From positions 429,853 through 493,852 of the forward strand of contig CAXBMO010000002.1 of assembly GCA_963977015.1 (NCBI GenBank): a DNA stretch of 64,000 nucleotides, written 5' to 3'. The translations under genes were made by a program, and so were the position numbers. The notes below the pieces were generated by a model. That model saw only the letters and a list, made by a program, of their open reading frames with translations. It was not told the DNA's origin and did no database searches. The DNA comes from an uncultured bacterium. GTDB taxonomy: Bacteria > Verrucomicrobiota > Verrucomicrobiia > Verrucomicrobiales > DEV007. Shown piece by piece: positions 20,515-31,240 of this stretch. Numbering within the stretch: position 1 is the first letter of the stretch; every line of letters starts with the position of its first letter.

Positions 20515-21306
20515 TCAACCATGCATCACCTGACCACCATCAATGTTGAGGGTTTGCCCGGTGATGTTTCGCGCGTGGTGGCTCGCTAAAAAGACCGCCA
20601 TTGCCCCAAATTCTTCCGGGGTCTGCCACCGGTTCAAGGGAGCGAGGTTGTTGATCTTCGCGTCTCCCCAGCTCTCATAATCCTGGCGTTCCTGCTCAGG
20701 CAACTGTTCCTGAACCGCCGCCCAAACTGAGCGATTGAGCTGGGTTTGCACCATCCCGGGCGCGATCGCGTTCGCGCGAATTTTGTAGGGGGCAAAGTCT
20801 TTGGCGGCGCATTGCATGAAGTTGATGAGTCCTGCTTTCGCGGCGCTGTAAGGCGGGTCCGTTTGCGAGCCCATTTGGCCGGCGACCGAGGTCAGAAACA
20901 AGATGGTCCCGTCTTCCCCGGCTTGGATGAGCTTTGGAGCAAAGGCATGGGCGGCATTCGCAGCGCCGGTCAGGTTGATCTCGAGCACTTTGGGCCAGTC
21001 GGATGGTTCCAGATTCCAGAACGGAAACCCGAACTTTCCGGAACCGACACCAACGGCATAAACCACGTGATTGACGGGGCCAAACGCTTCCGCTGCGGCT
21101 TGAACCTCGTCAAAATTGGAAACGTCGCCGCAAAACGTCCGGCTGATCGCGGGAAGTTCCGCGGCAAGGGTTTCGACTTTTGGGTCGTCGCGATCGAAAA
21201 CTCCGACCGAGCACTCCTCAGCGCAAAACGCTTCGGTAATTGCCCGTCCAATCCCCTGGGCGCCCCCCAGAACGAAGGCGCGTTGCCCCTTCAATCCTAG
21301 TTCCAA
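20515..21306 (-). CDS. SDR family NAD(P)-dependent oxidoreductase
   Basis: GGAQGIG, SVAG, YSAAK, IRANAIAPG, ITGQTLNIDGG; likely TTG start at 21306. Confidence 0.9.
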   Translation of the reverse strand: MELGLKGQRAFVLGGAQGIGRAITEAFCAEECSVGVFDRDDPKVETLAAELPAISRTFCGDVSNFDEVQAAAEAFGPVNHVVYAVGVGSGKFGFPFWNLEPSDWPKVLEINLTGAANAAHAFAPKLIQAGEDGTILFLTSVAGQMGSQTDPPYSAAKAGLINFMQCAAKDFAPYKIRANAIAPGMVQTQLNRSVWAAVQEQLPEQERQDYESWGDAKINNLAPLNRWQTPEEFGAMAVFLASHHARNITGQTLNIDGGQVMHG

Positions 21307-21310
21307 CGCC

Positions 21311-22321
21311 TTACGACTCTGCGGGTTTATCTTCGCCTTGGCCCGGTTGCACGATCTCCGCCGCGGCCCGCAATTCATCAACGAGCTTCTTCATATGCTC
21401 TGTTTTGCGTTCCTGACTGAGATGCTGGGCAATTCGCGGGCCAATCTCTTCCAGGGTAAACTCTTTCGCCTCCGTGCGCTCTTCCACCTTGATGATGTGA
21501 TAGCCAAAGTTGGTTTTCACCAATTCGCCGACTTCACCAATTTTCTGAGTGAACGCTGCTTCGTCGAATTCCGGGACCATCTGGCCGCGCCCGAATTGCC
21601 CCAGATCTCCGCCGCGAGGGCCACTGGGACCTTCCGACTTCTGGGCGGCAACCGTTCCAAAATCCAGTTTGGGATCGTCCAACAGCTCCTGACGGATTTT
21701 TTCCGCTTCCGCTTTCTTCGTGTCGAGCGCGACGGGATCGGTGATTCCCTCCGTTTTGATCAAAATGTGACGGGCGCGGACGGATTCGGCCTGCTTCATC
21801 TCCGCCTTGTTTTCTTCGTAGAAGCTTTCGATCTCTTTCGCGGTTGGTTCGGGCAGATCAGCCATTTCCTTGTCGGCCAATTTCATGATCAAGAGGTTCT
21901 CGCGAACGTCCTTCTCAAAACGTTCCTTGGAAATTCCGGCCTGCTTGAGAAAATCTTCGACCGTGCTACCCGGCAAATTCTGGTTCACGACATCCTGCAT
22001 CGTCTCTTCCATTTCCTTCGCTTCCACTTTCAGCCCGTCACGCTGGGCCGCATTGACCAACAAGACTTTGCCGATCATCTCGTTGATCACTCCCTTTTGA
22101 ATTTGCTGGAGCATGGCCTGGGCTTGTTCCGGCGGAAACTGGGAGAGGCGTTGGCCATAGTTGCGGGCAATTTGATCGCCCACTTCACTTCTCATGATCG
22201 GGGTTCCATCCACCGTTAAAATCACCGCATCTTCCGGCATTTGAGGAGCTGCTTTCTCATCCTGCGCAAGGGCAGCGGTGAGAAGAATGGGGACCGAAAG
22301 GAGGATTTGGAAGGTTTTCAT
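21311..22321 (-). CDS. Parvulin-type peptidyl-prolyl isomerase (SurA/PrsA-like)
   Basis: Signal peptide; VRARHILI, GGDLGQF.RGQMVPEFDEAAF, KTNFGYHIIKV. Confidence 0.92.
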   Translation of the reverse strand: MKTFQILLSVPILLTAALAQDEKAAPQMPEDAVILTVDGTPIMRSEVGDQIARNYGQRLSQFPPEQAQAMLQQIQKGVINEMIGKVLLVNAAQRDGLKVEAKEMEETMQDVVNQNLPGSTVEDFLKQAGISKERFEKDVRENLLIMKLADKEMADLPEPTAKEIESFYEENKAEMKQAESVRARHILIKTEGITDPVALDTKKAEAEKIRQELLDDPKLDFGTVAAQKSEGPSGPRGGDLGQFGRGQMVPEFDEAAFTQKIGEVGELVKTNFGYHIIKVEERTEAKEFTLEEIGPRIAQHLSQERKTEHMKKLVDELRAAAEIVQPGQGEDKPAES

Positions 22322-22448
22322 GGTAAAAAATCGGCGGCAGACTCGCCCCTCGGATGACAAGATGCAAGCAGACGGTTAAAACCTCATAAAAGGTTGCCAG
22401 ATCCTCCATCCCTCCCCAAGTTCGCTCCTCAATATTTCCAAATCGTTT

Positions 22449-23327
22449 ATGAAAGCCTCACTTTTCCTCAAACTCCTCTGCCCCATCGCCCTTTTAGCGG
22501 TATTCGGCCTCGCCACCGGCCAGGAAGATTCCAAACCCGCTCCGCTGAAGATTCTCCTCATCGCGGGAGGCTGCTGCCACGATTACGCAGGACAACATCA
22601 GGTGCTTGAAGCCGGCATTGAAGAACGCCTCAACGCAGAGGTGACCGCAGTCTATAATCCCGATAAGTCGACGGCTACGAAATTTGAGGTCTATGAAAGT
22701 GCCGATTGGGCGGATGGCTATGATTTGGTGATTCATGATGAATGCTCTGCGAGCGTCACTGATCCGGACTACGTCAACCGCATCCTCGACGCTCACAAAA
22801 ATGGAACACCGGCGGTCAATCTCCATTGCGCCATGCATTCCTACCGTTGGGGTGACTTCAGAAGTCCGGTCGCTAAAGGTGCCGATAACGCGGGTTGGTA
22901 TGAAATGATTGGCCTGCAAAGCACCGGTCACGGCCCTCAGGCACCAATCGATGTGAAGTTCACCGAAACCGCACACCCCATCACGAAGGGACTCGAGAAT
23001 TGGACCACCATCAACGAAGAGCTTTACAACAACATTCAGATTCTTGAAGGAACCCAGGTTCTGGCAAATGGCTTCCAGATTCAGAAACCCCGGGTCAAAA
23101 AAGGCCAAAAGCCGGATCCCAATGCAAAACCGACCGAAGCAACTGCGGCGGTTTCCTGGGTGAACGAATATGGCCCCAACAAGACCCGGATCGTCAGCAC
23201 CAGCCTCGGTCACAATACTGAAACCGTGGCTGATGATCGCTACCTGACCTTCCTCACCCGGGGTATTCTCTGGGCCACGGGGAACCTGGATGAAGAAGGC
23301 CAGCCCACCGCTGGATACCTCAGGTAG
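22449..23327 (+). CDS. ThuA-like (class I GATase-like) domain protein, secreted
   Basis: KILLIAGGCCHDY, VNLHCA, HPITKGL, EELY, STSLGH, RGILWA. Confidence 0.85.
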   Translation: MKASLFLKLLCPIALLAVFGLATGQEDSKPAPLKILLIAGGCCHDYAGQHQVLEAGIEERLNAEVTAVYNPDKSTATKFEVYESADWADGYDLVIHDECSASVTDPDYVNRILDAHKNGTPAVNLHCAMHSYRWGDFRSPVAKGADNAGWYEMIGLQSTGHGPQAPIDVKFTETAHPITKGLENWTTINEELYNNIQILEGTQVLANGFQIQKPRVKKGQKPDPNAKPTEATAAVSWVNEYGPNKTRIVSTSLGHNTETVADDRYLTFLTRGILWATGNLDEEGQPTAGYLR

Positions 23328-23398
23328 ACCGGTGATGGTGGGCTTTCCCTATCACTTTTCATTGGGCTGGGACGGGTCTAGGTTGCTCCAAGCAAACC

Positions 23399-24937
23399 AT
23401 GTCGAAAACGCCGACCAACGACGCCTTAGTCCCTGACCCATCCAGCGAGGTTTCCACCATTCCCCGCTTTGCGGTGGTCGGACGCGTAAACAAGGGCAAG
23501 TCGTCAATTTTGGCGACGTTGGTGGAAGAGGCCGACAATACCAAAATTCGGATCAGCGATACCCCGGGGGAAACAACCCGGGTCTATTCCATTCCCTTGG
23601 TCCTTCAGGGCCAGACGCTGCTGGAGTTTCTCGATACTCCGGGATTCAATCGCGCCCGAAAGGCCTTGGATTGGTTGCAGAAGCGCCATCGCAAATCACC
23701 GGACGAGCCCAGAATTGAAGCCGTCCGTGCCTTTGTCGAAGCCCATCGCAATAAGGATGCGTTTCAAGATGAAGTCCTGCTCCTGGAACCTGTTTTGGAC
23801 GGAGCCGGAATCCTTTATGTCGTGGATGCTTCCAAACCTTTTCGACCCGACTTTACGGCGGAAATGGAGATTCTGCGTTGGACGGGAAGGCCGCGAATGG
23901 CCGTGATCAACCAGGTCACGGAAACGTCCGATTTCAGCGATGAATGGCGTCAGCATCTCGGCGAATATTTCAACCTCACCAGGGAGTTCAATGCCCATCA
24001 TGCGAGATTTCAGGAACGCATTCGCCTTCTGAAATCACTGCTCGAAATTGACGAGACCGCCCGAAAACGGATCGAGAAAACCGTTCAAATGCTGGAGCGT
24101 GAATGGACACAGCGCCGTGGGAAATGCTCGGATGTCATCATGGACATGGTCGAGGCTTGCATGACGCATCGCGCCAGCAAAACGCTCTCGCAGGAAGACT
24201 CGACCCGCGACTACCGGAAGCAGGAAATCGCCGAACAACTGAAGGTGGAATACTTGAAGGCGATCCAGGAGATGGAGTCCGCTTACCACAAACAAATGCT
24301 CTCGCTCTATCGTCACAATGAATACGAAGTGACCTCCGATGATTCCTTTACGAGAGCGGCAGGAGATTTGGACAGCAAGGAAACCTGGGAAGTCTTTGGG
24401 CTCAACAAAGCCCAACTCAGCATGGCCAGCGCCGCTGCGGGGGCCATCACGGGAGGCGCCATCGATATGGGCGTTGGCGGCGCATCATTTGGCGTCGGCG
24501 CGGTCTTGGGCGGTTTGGCCGGGCTAAGCGCCAGCCTGCTCAAGGGCAAGGACCTCGCGGACATCAAGGTCAGCAGCCCCTTGGTTGGAGATATGGCAGC
24601 CGGCGGAATTGCCATCAAAGCAGGCCCTCCCAAGAACCCCAATTTTCCCTGGGTGCTGCTCGATCGCGCTTTCGTCCATTTTGAACAACTGATTTCCCGG
24701 GCCCACGCGCGTCGCGATCCATTCATCGTCGATTTGACGACGGTGTCGAAGGAAGGCGTCCGAATCGGACGTTCAACCACGTTCCCGAACAGTAAACGGC
24801 GACCGCTCGTCAAATGGTTCGGCGAGCTCAAGGCCGGAAAATCCCGCCCTGAGACGAGCCAGGCTTTTGAAGTGATTCGAGAAACGCTCGAAACCATTGA
24901 AACAGAGGTCCTCAAGAGGCCTGAATTAGACACTTAG
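23399..24937 (+). CDS. GTPase + DUF3482 domain protein
   Basis: GRVNKGKSS, DTPGETT, LDTPG, EMEILRWTGRPRMAVIN, Gly-rich hydrophobic hairpin, NFPWVLLDRA. Confidence 0.85.
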   Translation: MSKTPTNDALVPDPSSEVSTIPRFAVVGRVNKGKSSILATLVEEADNTKIRISDTPGETTRVYSIPLVLQGQTLLEFLDTPGFNRARKALDWLQKRHRKSPDEPRIEAVRAFVEAHRNKDAFQDEVLLLEPVLDGAGILYVVDASKPFRPDFTAEMEILRWTGRPRMAVINQVTETSDFSDEWRQHLGEYFNLTREFNAHHARFQERIRLLKSLLEIDETARKRIEKTVQMLEREWTQRRGKCSDVIMDMVEACMTHRASKTLSQEDSTRDYRKQEIAEQLKVEYLKAIQEMESAYHKQMLSLYRHNEYEVTSDDSFTRAAGDLDSKETWEVFGLNKAQLSMASAAAGAITGGAIDMGVGGASFGVGAVLGGLAGLSASLLKGKDLADIKVSSPLVGDMAAGGIAIKAGPPKNPNFPWVLLDRAFVHFEQLISRAHARRDPFIVDLTTVSKEGVRIGRSTTFPNSKRRPLVKWFGELKAGKSRPETSQAFEVIRETLETIETEVLKRPELDT

Positions 24938-25063
24938 TGGCCTAAACATTACAGTTATTGCTCAATATTGAACTATTTAGGATTCTTTGAGACAATTCAG
25001 TCAACTTGGTTGATTTAAGTCTGGAGGATGCCAACGTACTCAACGTAACCTTCCCAATAACCT

Positions 25064-25735
25064 ATGAGCTACGACGACGATTTTTCTCCGTTTGAGTTCG
25101 GTGATGAAGATGATGACGGTTCTGATTTCGAATCAGAATTTGAACTTTCCTCGGATCTGGAAGAGGCCGAACGCCAGATTCGAATTCAGAAGATGCGTGA
25201 TGAGATCGAAAGCAAAGGCGGAAACTGGAATCTGGCCGACGGAGTCGCGGAAATGAGCCCGGAAGCCGAAGAAGCGATGCTTCAACGAGTTCTGTTTTTC
25301 GAGAACGCCCCCAGAACCACCCACGCGAAGCTTCTCATTGAAGATGGGATTGAACTCTCTGCTCCGGATTCGTTGAAGGATGAAGATCAACTTCACCAAA
25401 AACTTTGGGAAGTAATCTACGGATTGGCGAATCGTCGCGTCTTTCTCTATTGCACCGATCATCTCTCCAACCGTGCGCTTTACGCTCAACTTTGGTTTCA
25501 CCACCTCAACATCAATACGGTTGATATTTCCTGGGATCGCGAAGCCGGTTGCCACATCGACTTGCTTGGTGGAGGCAGTGAAGAGGAGACTCTGCTTTGG
25601 CTGAAATATTTTGCAGACGATGAGGAACGCGAGTGGTGGCGGGATTCGCTCGAAGCGGATGGCCACATCGTTCCGGAGCACGAAGATCCTCCGTTTCAGC
25701 GCGACTCACTGCTGCCGAAGCGCGAAGAGTATTAG
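25064..25735 (+). CDS. Acidic hypothetical protein
   Basis: Clean 223-aa ORF; CTDHLSNRALY and CHIDLLGGGSEE..WLKYFAD motifs. Confidence 0.75.
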   Translation: MSYDDDFSPFEFGDEDDDGSDFESEFELSSDLEEAERQIRIQKMRDEIESKGGNWNLADGVAEMSPEAEEAMLQRVLFFENAPRTTHAKLLIEDGIELSAPDSLKDEDQLHQKLWEVIYGLANRRVFLYCTDHLSNRALYAQLWFHHLNINTVDISWDREAGCHIDLLGGGSEEETLLWLKYFADDEEREWWRDSLEADGHIVPEHEDPPFQRDSLLPKREEY

Positions 25736-25836
25736 GTCTCAAAAACCCACTTCCGCACCGGAAGCGGAACGGATTGCTGAGTCCTTTCACCTAATTCGTT
25801 GCACCGATAGCGAAGGAGGCTAATGCTAGTATATCC

Positions 25837-28062
25837 ATGAGCAAATCCGCGTCTCGAATTCCTCCGTCCGATCCTTCTCAGGTTGAGCAAATCCTCCATG
25901 CAAATCATCCGGACGTTTTTGGTTTCCTGGGGCCTCATCGAGCGGAGAAGGAAGGCCGTCCAGCGTGGTTGATTCGAATCTTTCGACCTGACGCGGACAA
26001 ACTGAGAGTCATCGCCAAGGGAGGCGCCCCCATTGAAACCGCAGAGAAGATCCACAAGGCTGGATTCTTCGAGGCTTGGCTACCGCACTCGGAAGACCCA
26101 CCGGAATATTCGTTGGAGTGGGATGATGCCAAAGGCGACACCCATGAAATTTGTGCTGACCCTTACCGGTTTGGCAACATCATGGGCGAGCATGATGCTC
26201 ACTATTTTGGGGAAGGTCGACACTGGAAAATTTACCAGATTCTGGGAGCGCACCGGCGCGAAATGGACGGGGTTTCCGGAATTTCCTTTGCCGCTTGGGC
26301 ACCCAATGCCCAACGAGTCAGCGTCGTTGGCGACTTTAATCAATGGGACGGGCGCATTCACCAAATGCGTAAGCGGATCGAAGCTGGCATCTGGGAAATT
26401 TTCATTCCCGGACTCGAGTATCGAACCCACTACAAGTTTGAATTGATTGGTGCGGGCGGAAACCTCTACACGAAGAGCGATCCGTTCGCGTTCTTTAGTC
26501 AAAACCGGGAGGAAACCGCATCCATTACCTGGGATCTGGACGCCTACAAATGGCAGGATAAGGCATGGATGGACAAGCGCGAGAAGGTCAACCTCTATGA
26601 AAGCCCATTCAGCGTCTACGAAGTCCATCTGGGATCCTGGGCGCGTGTGGCGGAAGATGGCGACCGCTTTCTAACCTACGAGGAATTCGCGGACCGGTTG
26701 GTTGAACACGTCGTCGAGATGGGCTTTACCCACATCCAGCTTCTCCCCACGACGGAGTTTCCCTTTGATGGATCATGGGGATACCAAGTCACCGGATATT
26801 TCGCGCCGACCAGCCGATATGGAGATCCGGATGCGTTTCGCTATTTCGTGGATACCTGCCACAAAAAGGGGATCGGCGTCATCCTCGATTGGGTGCCGGC
26901 ACACTTCCCGAAGGACGCCCACGGGCTCTCCTATTTCGACGGAACCCCACTCTTCGAACACGGCAATCCGCTCGAAGGTGAGCACAAGGACTGGGGCACC
27001 CTGATTTTCAATTTTGGTCGCAACGAGGTTCGCAACTTCCTGATCGCAAGTGCCCTCTTCTGGTTCGAGCAATACCACATCGACGGTCTTCGGGTCGACG
27101 CGGTGGCCTCGATGCTCTATCGCGACTACTCGCGCGAAGAAGGGGAATGGATTCCCAACCAATTTGGCGGGCGGGAAAACCTTGAGGCGATCCATTTCCT
27201 TCGCGAACTCAACAGTGTCTGCTACCAGGAGCACCCCGGAATTGTGATGGTTGCTGAGGAGTCGACCGCTTTTGGCGGAGTCTCAAAACCTGTCGACACC
27301 GGCGGGCTAGGATTTGGGTTCAAATGGAACATGGGTTGGATGAATGACACGCTGGACTACATGTCCAAGGATCCCATCCATCGGAGATTCCATCACGACA
27401 GCGCCACGTTCTCCATGATTTACGCTTATGATGAGAACTTCGTCTTGGTCCTGAGCCACGACGAGGTCGTTCATGGCAAGAAATCGCTCCTCGACAAGAT
27501 GCCAGGCGATAACTGGCAGAAGTTTGCGAATCTGCGCATGCTCTTTGGCTGGATGTTTGCGCATCCCGGAAAGAAACTCCTCTTCCAAGGTTCCGAAATC
27601 GCTCCTTTCACGGAGTGGGAGTATGAGAAAAGCTTGGATTGGCACCTCCTTCAGTATCCGGAGCACAACGGAATCAACCAGCTGTTGAAGGACTTGAACC
27701 GCGTCTACAAAGAATTTCCCGCGCTTCATGAACTGGATCATTCCCACGAGGGTTTCGAGTGGGTTGATGGTCACGATTACGAGAACAGCACGTTCACCTT
27801 CCTGCGAAAAGGCAAGGATGACTCCGTGGTCCTCATCGCCGTTAATGCGACCCCGGTTCCTCGTCCCAACTACCGGGCCGGAGTTCCCGTCAGCGGATTC
27901 TGGAAAGAGATTCTCAACACCGATTCCAAAGTCTATGCCGGGTCTAACATTGGCAACCAAGGGGGAGTCGAGACCTCGGCTGAGGGCTGGAACGGAAGAC
28001 CTTATTCCATCGAAGTGAATCTGCCTCCACTCGCCGTGGTGATGTTTTCACCCAAAGGATAA
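25837..28062 (+). CDS. glgB: 1,4-alpha-glucan branching enzyme
   Basis: [70 protein letters not shown]. Confidence 0.97.
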   Translation: MSKSASRIPPSDPSQVEQILHANHPDVFGFLGPHRAEKEGRPAWLIRIFRPDADKLRVIAKGGAPIETAEKIHKAGFFEAWLPHSEDPPEYSLEWDDAKGDTHEICADPYRFGNIMGEHDAHYFGEGRHWKIYQILGAHRREMDGVSGISFAAWAPNAQRVSVVGDFNQWDGRIHQMRKRIEAGIWEIFIPGLEYRTHYKFELIGAGGNLYTKSDPFAFFSQNREETASITWDLDAYKWQDKAWMDKREKVNLYESPFSVYEVHLGSWARVAEDGDRFLTYEEFADRLVEHVVEMGFTHIQLLPTTEFPFDGSWGYQVTGYFAPTSRYGDPDAFRYFVDTCHKKGIGVILDWVPAHFPKDAHGLSYFDGTPLFEHGNPLEGEHKDWGTLIFNFGRNEVRNFLIASALFWFEQYHIDGLRVDAVASMLYRDYSREEGEWIPNQFGGRENLEAIHFLRELNSVCYQEHPGIVMVAEESTAFGGVSKPVDTGGLGFGFKWNMGWMNDTLDYMSKDPIHRRFHHDSATFSMIYAYDENFVLVLSHDEVVHGKKSLLDKMPGDNWQKFANLRMLFGWMFAHPGKKLLFQGSEIAPFTEWEYEKSLDWHLLQYPEHNGINQLLKDLNRVYKEFPALHELDHSHEGFEWVDGHDYENSTFTFLRKGKDDSVVLIAVNATPVPRPNYRAGVPVSGFWKEILNTDSKVYAGSNIGNQGGVETSAEGWNGRPYSIEVNLPPLAVVMFSPKG

Positions 28063-28289
28063 TTCTGGAATTTTCGATTCGAACACGGCTTTTTCGGCAA
28101 TTGTTACCGTTGTGTTACCGCGAGGTCGCAAAATGGTGAGAATCGGGTTCCTCCCTTGCAAAAGTCTTGCCTAAATTTCGCCGCCATGGCACTCTCCGGG
28201 CGATTTTCATCCCCGTTGGATGGAGATTTCATGCACTAATACGTCGACTCTCATTGAGCGGCACGAAAATAACCACTGCTTAAAACGAA

Positions 28290-28991
28290 ATGAAACAAAC
28301 CCTTAAAACCAATCACGGTTTCAGCTTGCTGGAACTGATGGTGGTGATCACGATTATCGCGATTCTCGCGAGTGTATCGTTCCCCACCTACACGACGGTG
28401 ATCACTCGCGCGAGGATCATGAAAGATGTGGCACACCAGGACCAGATCGTAAAAGCCTGCAAGCTCTACGCTCAAGACTGGGACGGCCTTTATCCTGCCT
28501 TTGACACCCTCGGGGAAGATAGTGGCGGCGAAAGCGGCAAGTTCTCCACCTCGACCGAAGCCTTTCAAGAGCTGATTCGCGAGGTCCAACTCGGCACCGA
28601 AATCATCTTCTTCACCCAGGGAAATCCTGAAAAGGTCCGCCCACCCAACGAAGATGGTGAACTCCTTCCTGAAGAGAACTGCATGACCTATGTTCTCGGC
28701 CAGACCGATTCCAGCCCTGCTCGTTCGCCACTCACGGCCGATGAAATGCAGGACACCGGCGGTTCATTTGGAGCCGGCCACCCTTGGCTGAAGTCACGCC
28801 AAGCCGTGGTGGGATACTGCGGCGGTCAGGTGAAGAAAGAGAAGCTGACCGGAAGCACCGAAGGAGCAACGATTCGTGGCCCCGCCGGAAGCGGAATTAC
28901 CAACATCTTCGAGGAAGCCGAAGAGGATGAAGAAGGCAAAATTACTGGAGGTTGGTTGTCAGTCGGCACCGACAACATCCTGCTTCCATAG
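28290..28991 (+). CDS. Prepilin-type N-terminal cleavage/methylation domain protein
   Basis: HG|FSLLELMVVITIIAILAS type IV pilin-like N-terminus. Confidence 0.88.
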   Translation: MKQTLKTNHGFSLLELMVVITIIAILASVSFPTYTTVITRARIMKDVAHQDQIVKACKLYAQDWDGLYPAFDTLGEDSGGESGKFSTSTEAFQELIREVQLGTEIIFFTQGNPEKVRPPNEDGELLPEENCMTYVLGQTDSSPARSPLTADEMQDTGGSFGAGHPWLKSRQAVVGYCGGQVKKEKLTGSTEGATIRGPAGSGITNIFEEAEEDEEGKITGGWLSVGTDNILLP

Positions 28992-29024
28992 CCGGACTAC
29001 TTTTCAGAAACAAAAGCTTTCACC

Positions 29025-29059
29025 AAATCCGCAGCGTCGAAAGGCGTTGCGGATTTTTT
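29025..29059. terminator. Probably bidirectional Rho-independent terminator
   Basis: AAATCCGCAGCGTC-GAAA-GGCGTTGCGGATTT followed by TTT, between the convergent pilin-like gene and xseA. Confidence 0.8.
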
Positions 29060-30440
29060 ACGTCTTGCCCTTTGTCCGAACTTCGCGGACTTCCGCATCA
29101 AACTCTCCCGAAGCGAGCCGGGTCACAACCTGCTGCCCGGGATTCAGTTGTTCCGCGGAATTCACCAGATTTCCGTTCTCGTCAGTGGTTAGGGAAAAAC
29201 CGCGACTCAAGACCGAATCCGGTCCCAGCGTGCGGACCATGGATACCAAGGCCGTCAGCCGCTGACGCTTCTCGTTGGTTTGCCGGAGTGCCGACTGATA
29301 GAGACGCCCCTTCAACATGGCAAGCCATTCTCTGCGCTGCTCCAAAATCCGGTCGGGTCGACTCAGCTCCAAAAGCCGTTTCGCGTTCTCGATCCGATCC
29401 TGACTTTGAGCAATTTTTTGGCGTCGGCCTTCGTTGAGCCGGGCTTGAAACTCATCAAGGCGCTGTCGTCGATCAGCCATCACGCGACCGGGCTCCCGAA
29501 ATGCACCACTTCGGGCCAACAGTTCCAGAACCTTGCGCCAATGACGAATCCGGTTCGCCAGCTGACTCTCCATTCGGCCTTGGAGCCTCGCGAGGTGCTG
29601 CAGCAACTCCGCCCGGTCTGGAACGACCAACTCCGCCGCCGCACTTGGAGTCGGCGCCCGCAAATCGGCGACAAAGTCAGAAATCGTAAAGTCAATCTCA
29701 TGGCCGACCGCAGAAATCACGGGAATGGGACATTCCGCAATCGCACGAGCCAGAATCTCTTCGTTGAAGTTCCAAAGGTCTTCGATGCTGCCGCCTCCCC
29801 TCCCGACAATGATGGTATCGATCTTCGGGAACGTCGCCGATTGCTCCGTCGAGACTTTCTTGAGTGCAGCGGCAATCTCTACTGCGGCCCCTTCCCCCTG
29901 TACCCGGACCGGCACGATGATCAGCCGAACCCACGGCGCGCGACGGGTCAGGATGTTCAGCATGTCCCGAACCGCGGCCCCGGTTGGCGAAGTGATGAGA
30001 GCGATCGTGTTGGGAAACTTGGGAATCCGCTGCTTCCGCGCGGGCTGAAAGAGTCCTTCCGCTTCCAGTTTCCGTTTCAGCGCTTCAAACCTGGCCTGCA
30101 ACTCCCCCATTCCCCGCGGCTGAATCGTCCGCACAATGATCTGATATTGCCCTTGAGCCTCATAAACCGTGACTTCGCCATAGGTTTGAACCTGCATTCC
30201 ATCGCGAAGGGGAACCGGATTGTTGGCCGCATTTCCACGAAACTGAACGCATCGAATCTGAGCGTTGGCGTCCTTCAGACTGAAATAAGCGTGCCCGCTC
30301 GATTGCAGCCTTAAATTGCTGATCTCCCCTTCGACCCAGACGCTCCCGAATTTCGATTCCAGCGCATCGCGAATCGAACGCGTCAAATCAGAAACGGTGT
30401 AGGCCCGGCGGTTGGCAAAAGTGGACATTGTTAGGATCAT
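29058..30440 (-). CDS. xseA: Exodeoxyribonuclease VII large subunit (start may be 30428)
   Basis: VWVEGEISN, SGHAYFSLKD, ITSPTGAAVRD, GRGGGSIEDLW, SAVGHEIDFTISD, APTPSAAAE. Confidence 0.97.
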   Translation of the reverse strand: MILTMSTFANRRAYTVSDLTRSIRDALESKFGSVWVEGEISNLRLQSSGHAYFSLKDANAQIRCVQFRGNAANNPVPLRDGMQVQTYGEVTVYEAQGQYQIIVRTIQPRGMGELQARFEALKRKLEAEGLFQPARKQRIPKFPNTIALITSPTGAAVRDMLNILTRRAPWVRLIIVPVRVQGEGAAVEIAAALKKVSTEQSATFPKIDTIIVGRGGGSIEDLWNFNEEILARAIAECPIPVISAVGHEIDFTISDFVADLRAPTPSAAAELVVPDRAELLQHLARLQGRMESQLANRIRHWRKVLELLARSGAFREPGRVMADRRQRLDEFQARLNEGRRQKIAQSQDRIENAKRLLELSRPDRILEQRREWLAMLKGRLYQSALRQTNEKRQRLTALVSMVRTLGPDSVLSRGFSLTTDENGNLVNSAEQLNPGQQVVTRLASGEFDAEVREVRTKGKT

Positions 30441-30575
30441 CCTACCTCGAAATGGTTACATATCATCAGGAAACAGCGCCTCTAGCAATAAGCTTTACTT
30501 ATACAACACCAAGACTGGATAAGATTTTCTGAAATAATGTTGCCAAACTCTCGGTTTTGAATAAGTATTTCTAAT

Positions 30576-31172
30576 ATGAACCCGCTAGTTGAGTTTGTGG
30601 ATCCCAATGAGCCTGCCGATATCGACCTCATGCTCGAAACGGCAAACCGCAATGCAGCCAGTTTCGCCAAGCTCTATTCTCGCTTCGCGGGAGCCATTTA
30701 CACCACGGCTTACAAAGTCCTCAACAATCCCACGGATGCCGAAGAAGTGACCCAGGACGTCTTTACCCAGATCTGGGAGAAAGCCGCTCTTTACGAACCG
30801 AAAAAAGGCAAGCCCCTCACTTGGGCGGCGACGATGGCTCGCAACCGGGCCATTGACCGGCTTCGCGCCAATCAGCGACGCTTCAAGCTTCGGGATCGCT
30901 TTAAGGCGGAAGAAGACGTCCTCAGCCCCACCGAGACCAGCCATACTGCCCTGGCGCAGGCCAAAACCAACGAAGATGCCAAGTTCGTTCGCAGTGGTGT
31001 CCGGGAGCTCAGCACGGATCAAAGGGAAGCCATCGAGCTAGTCTACTTTGGAGGGTTGACGCAGCGGGAAGCTGCCGAGCAACTCCATCAACCACTCGGC
31101 ACCGTCAAAGCTCGGATTCGCCGCGGCATTGCCAAATTGAGAGACGACGTGATCCCAAAGCTGGAGAGTTGA
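30576..31172 (+). CDS. ECF RNA polymerase sigma factor (SigK-like)
   Basis: DAEEVTQDVF.QIW, W..TMARNRAIDRLR, YFGGLTQRE.A..L..PLGTVKARIRRG. Confidence 0.92.
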   Translation: MNPLVEFVDPNEPADIDLMLETANRNAASFAKLYSRFAGAIYTTAYKVLNNPTDAEEVTQDVFTQIWEKAALYEPKKGKPLTWAATMARNRAIDRLRANQRRFKLRDRFKAEEDVLSPTETSHTALAQAKTNEDAKFVRSGVRELSTDQREAIELVYFGGLTQREAAEQLHQPLGTVKARIRRGIAKLRDDVIPKLES

Positions 31173-31240
31173 GTTCGTTGGGGTTCCGTAGGGAAGTGCC
31201 AAGTTGCAATCGTCCCACCCGTCGAGCAGACTGATTCAGC

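Noticed and set aside
28187-28202. Possible sigma54 promoter TGGCAC-N-GC upstream of the pilin-like gene
   Set aside because: Satisfies GG-N10-GC but lacks TTGC at -12; too weak to call
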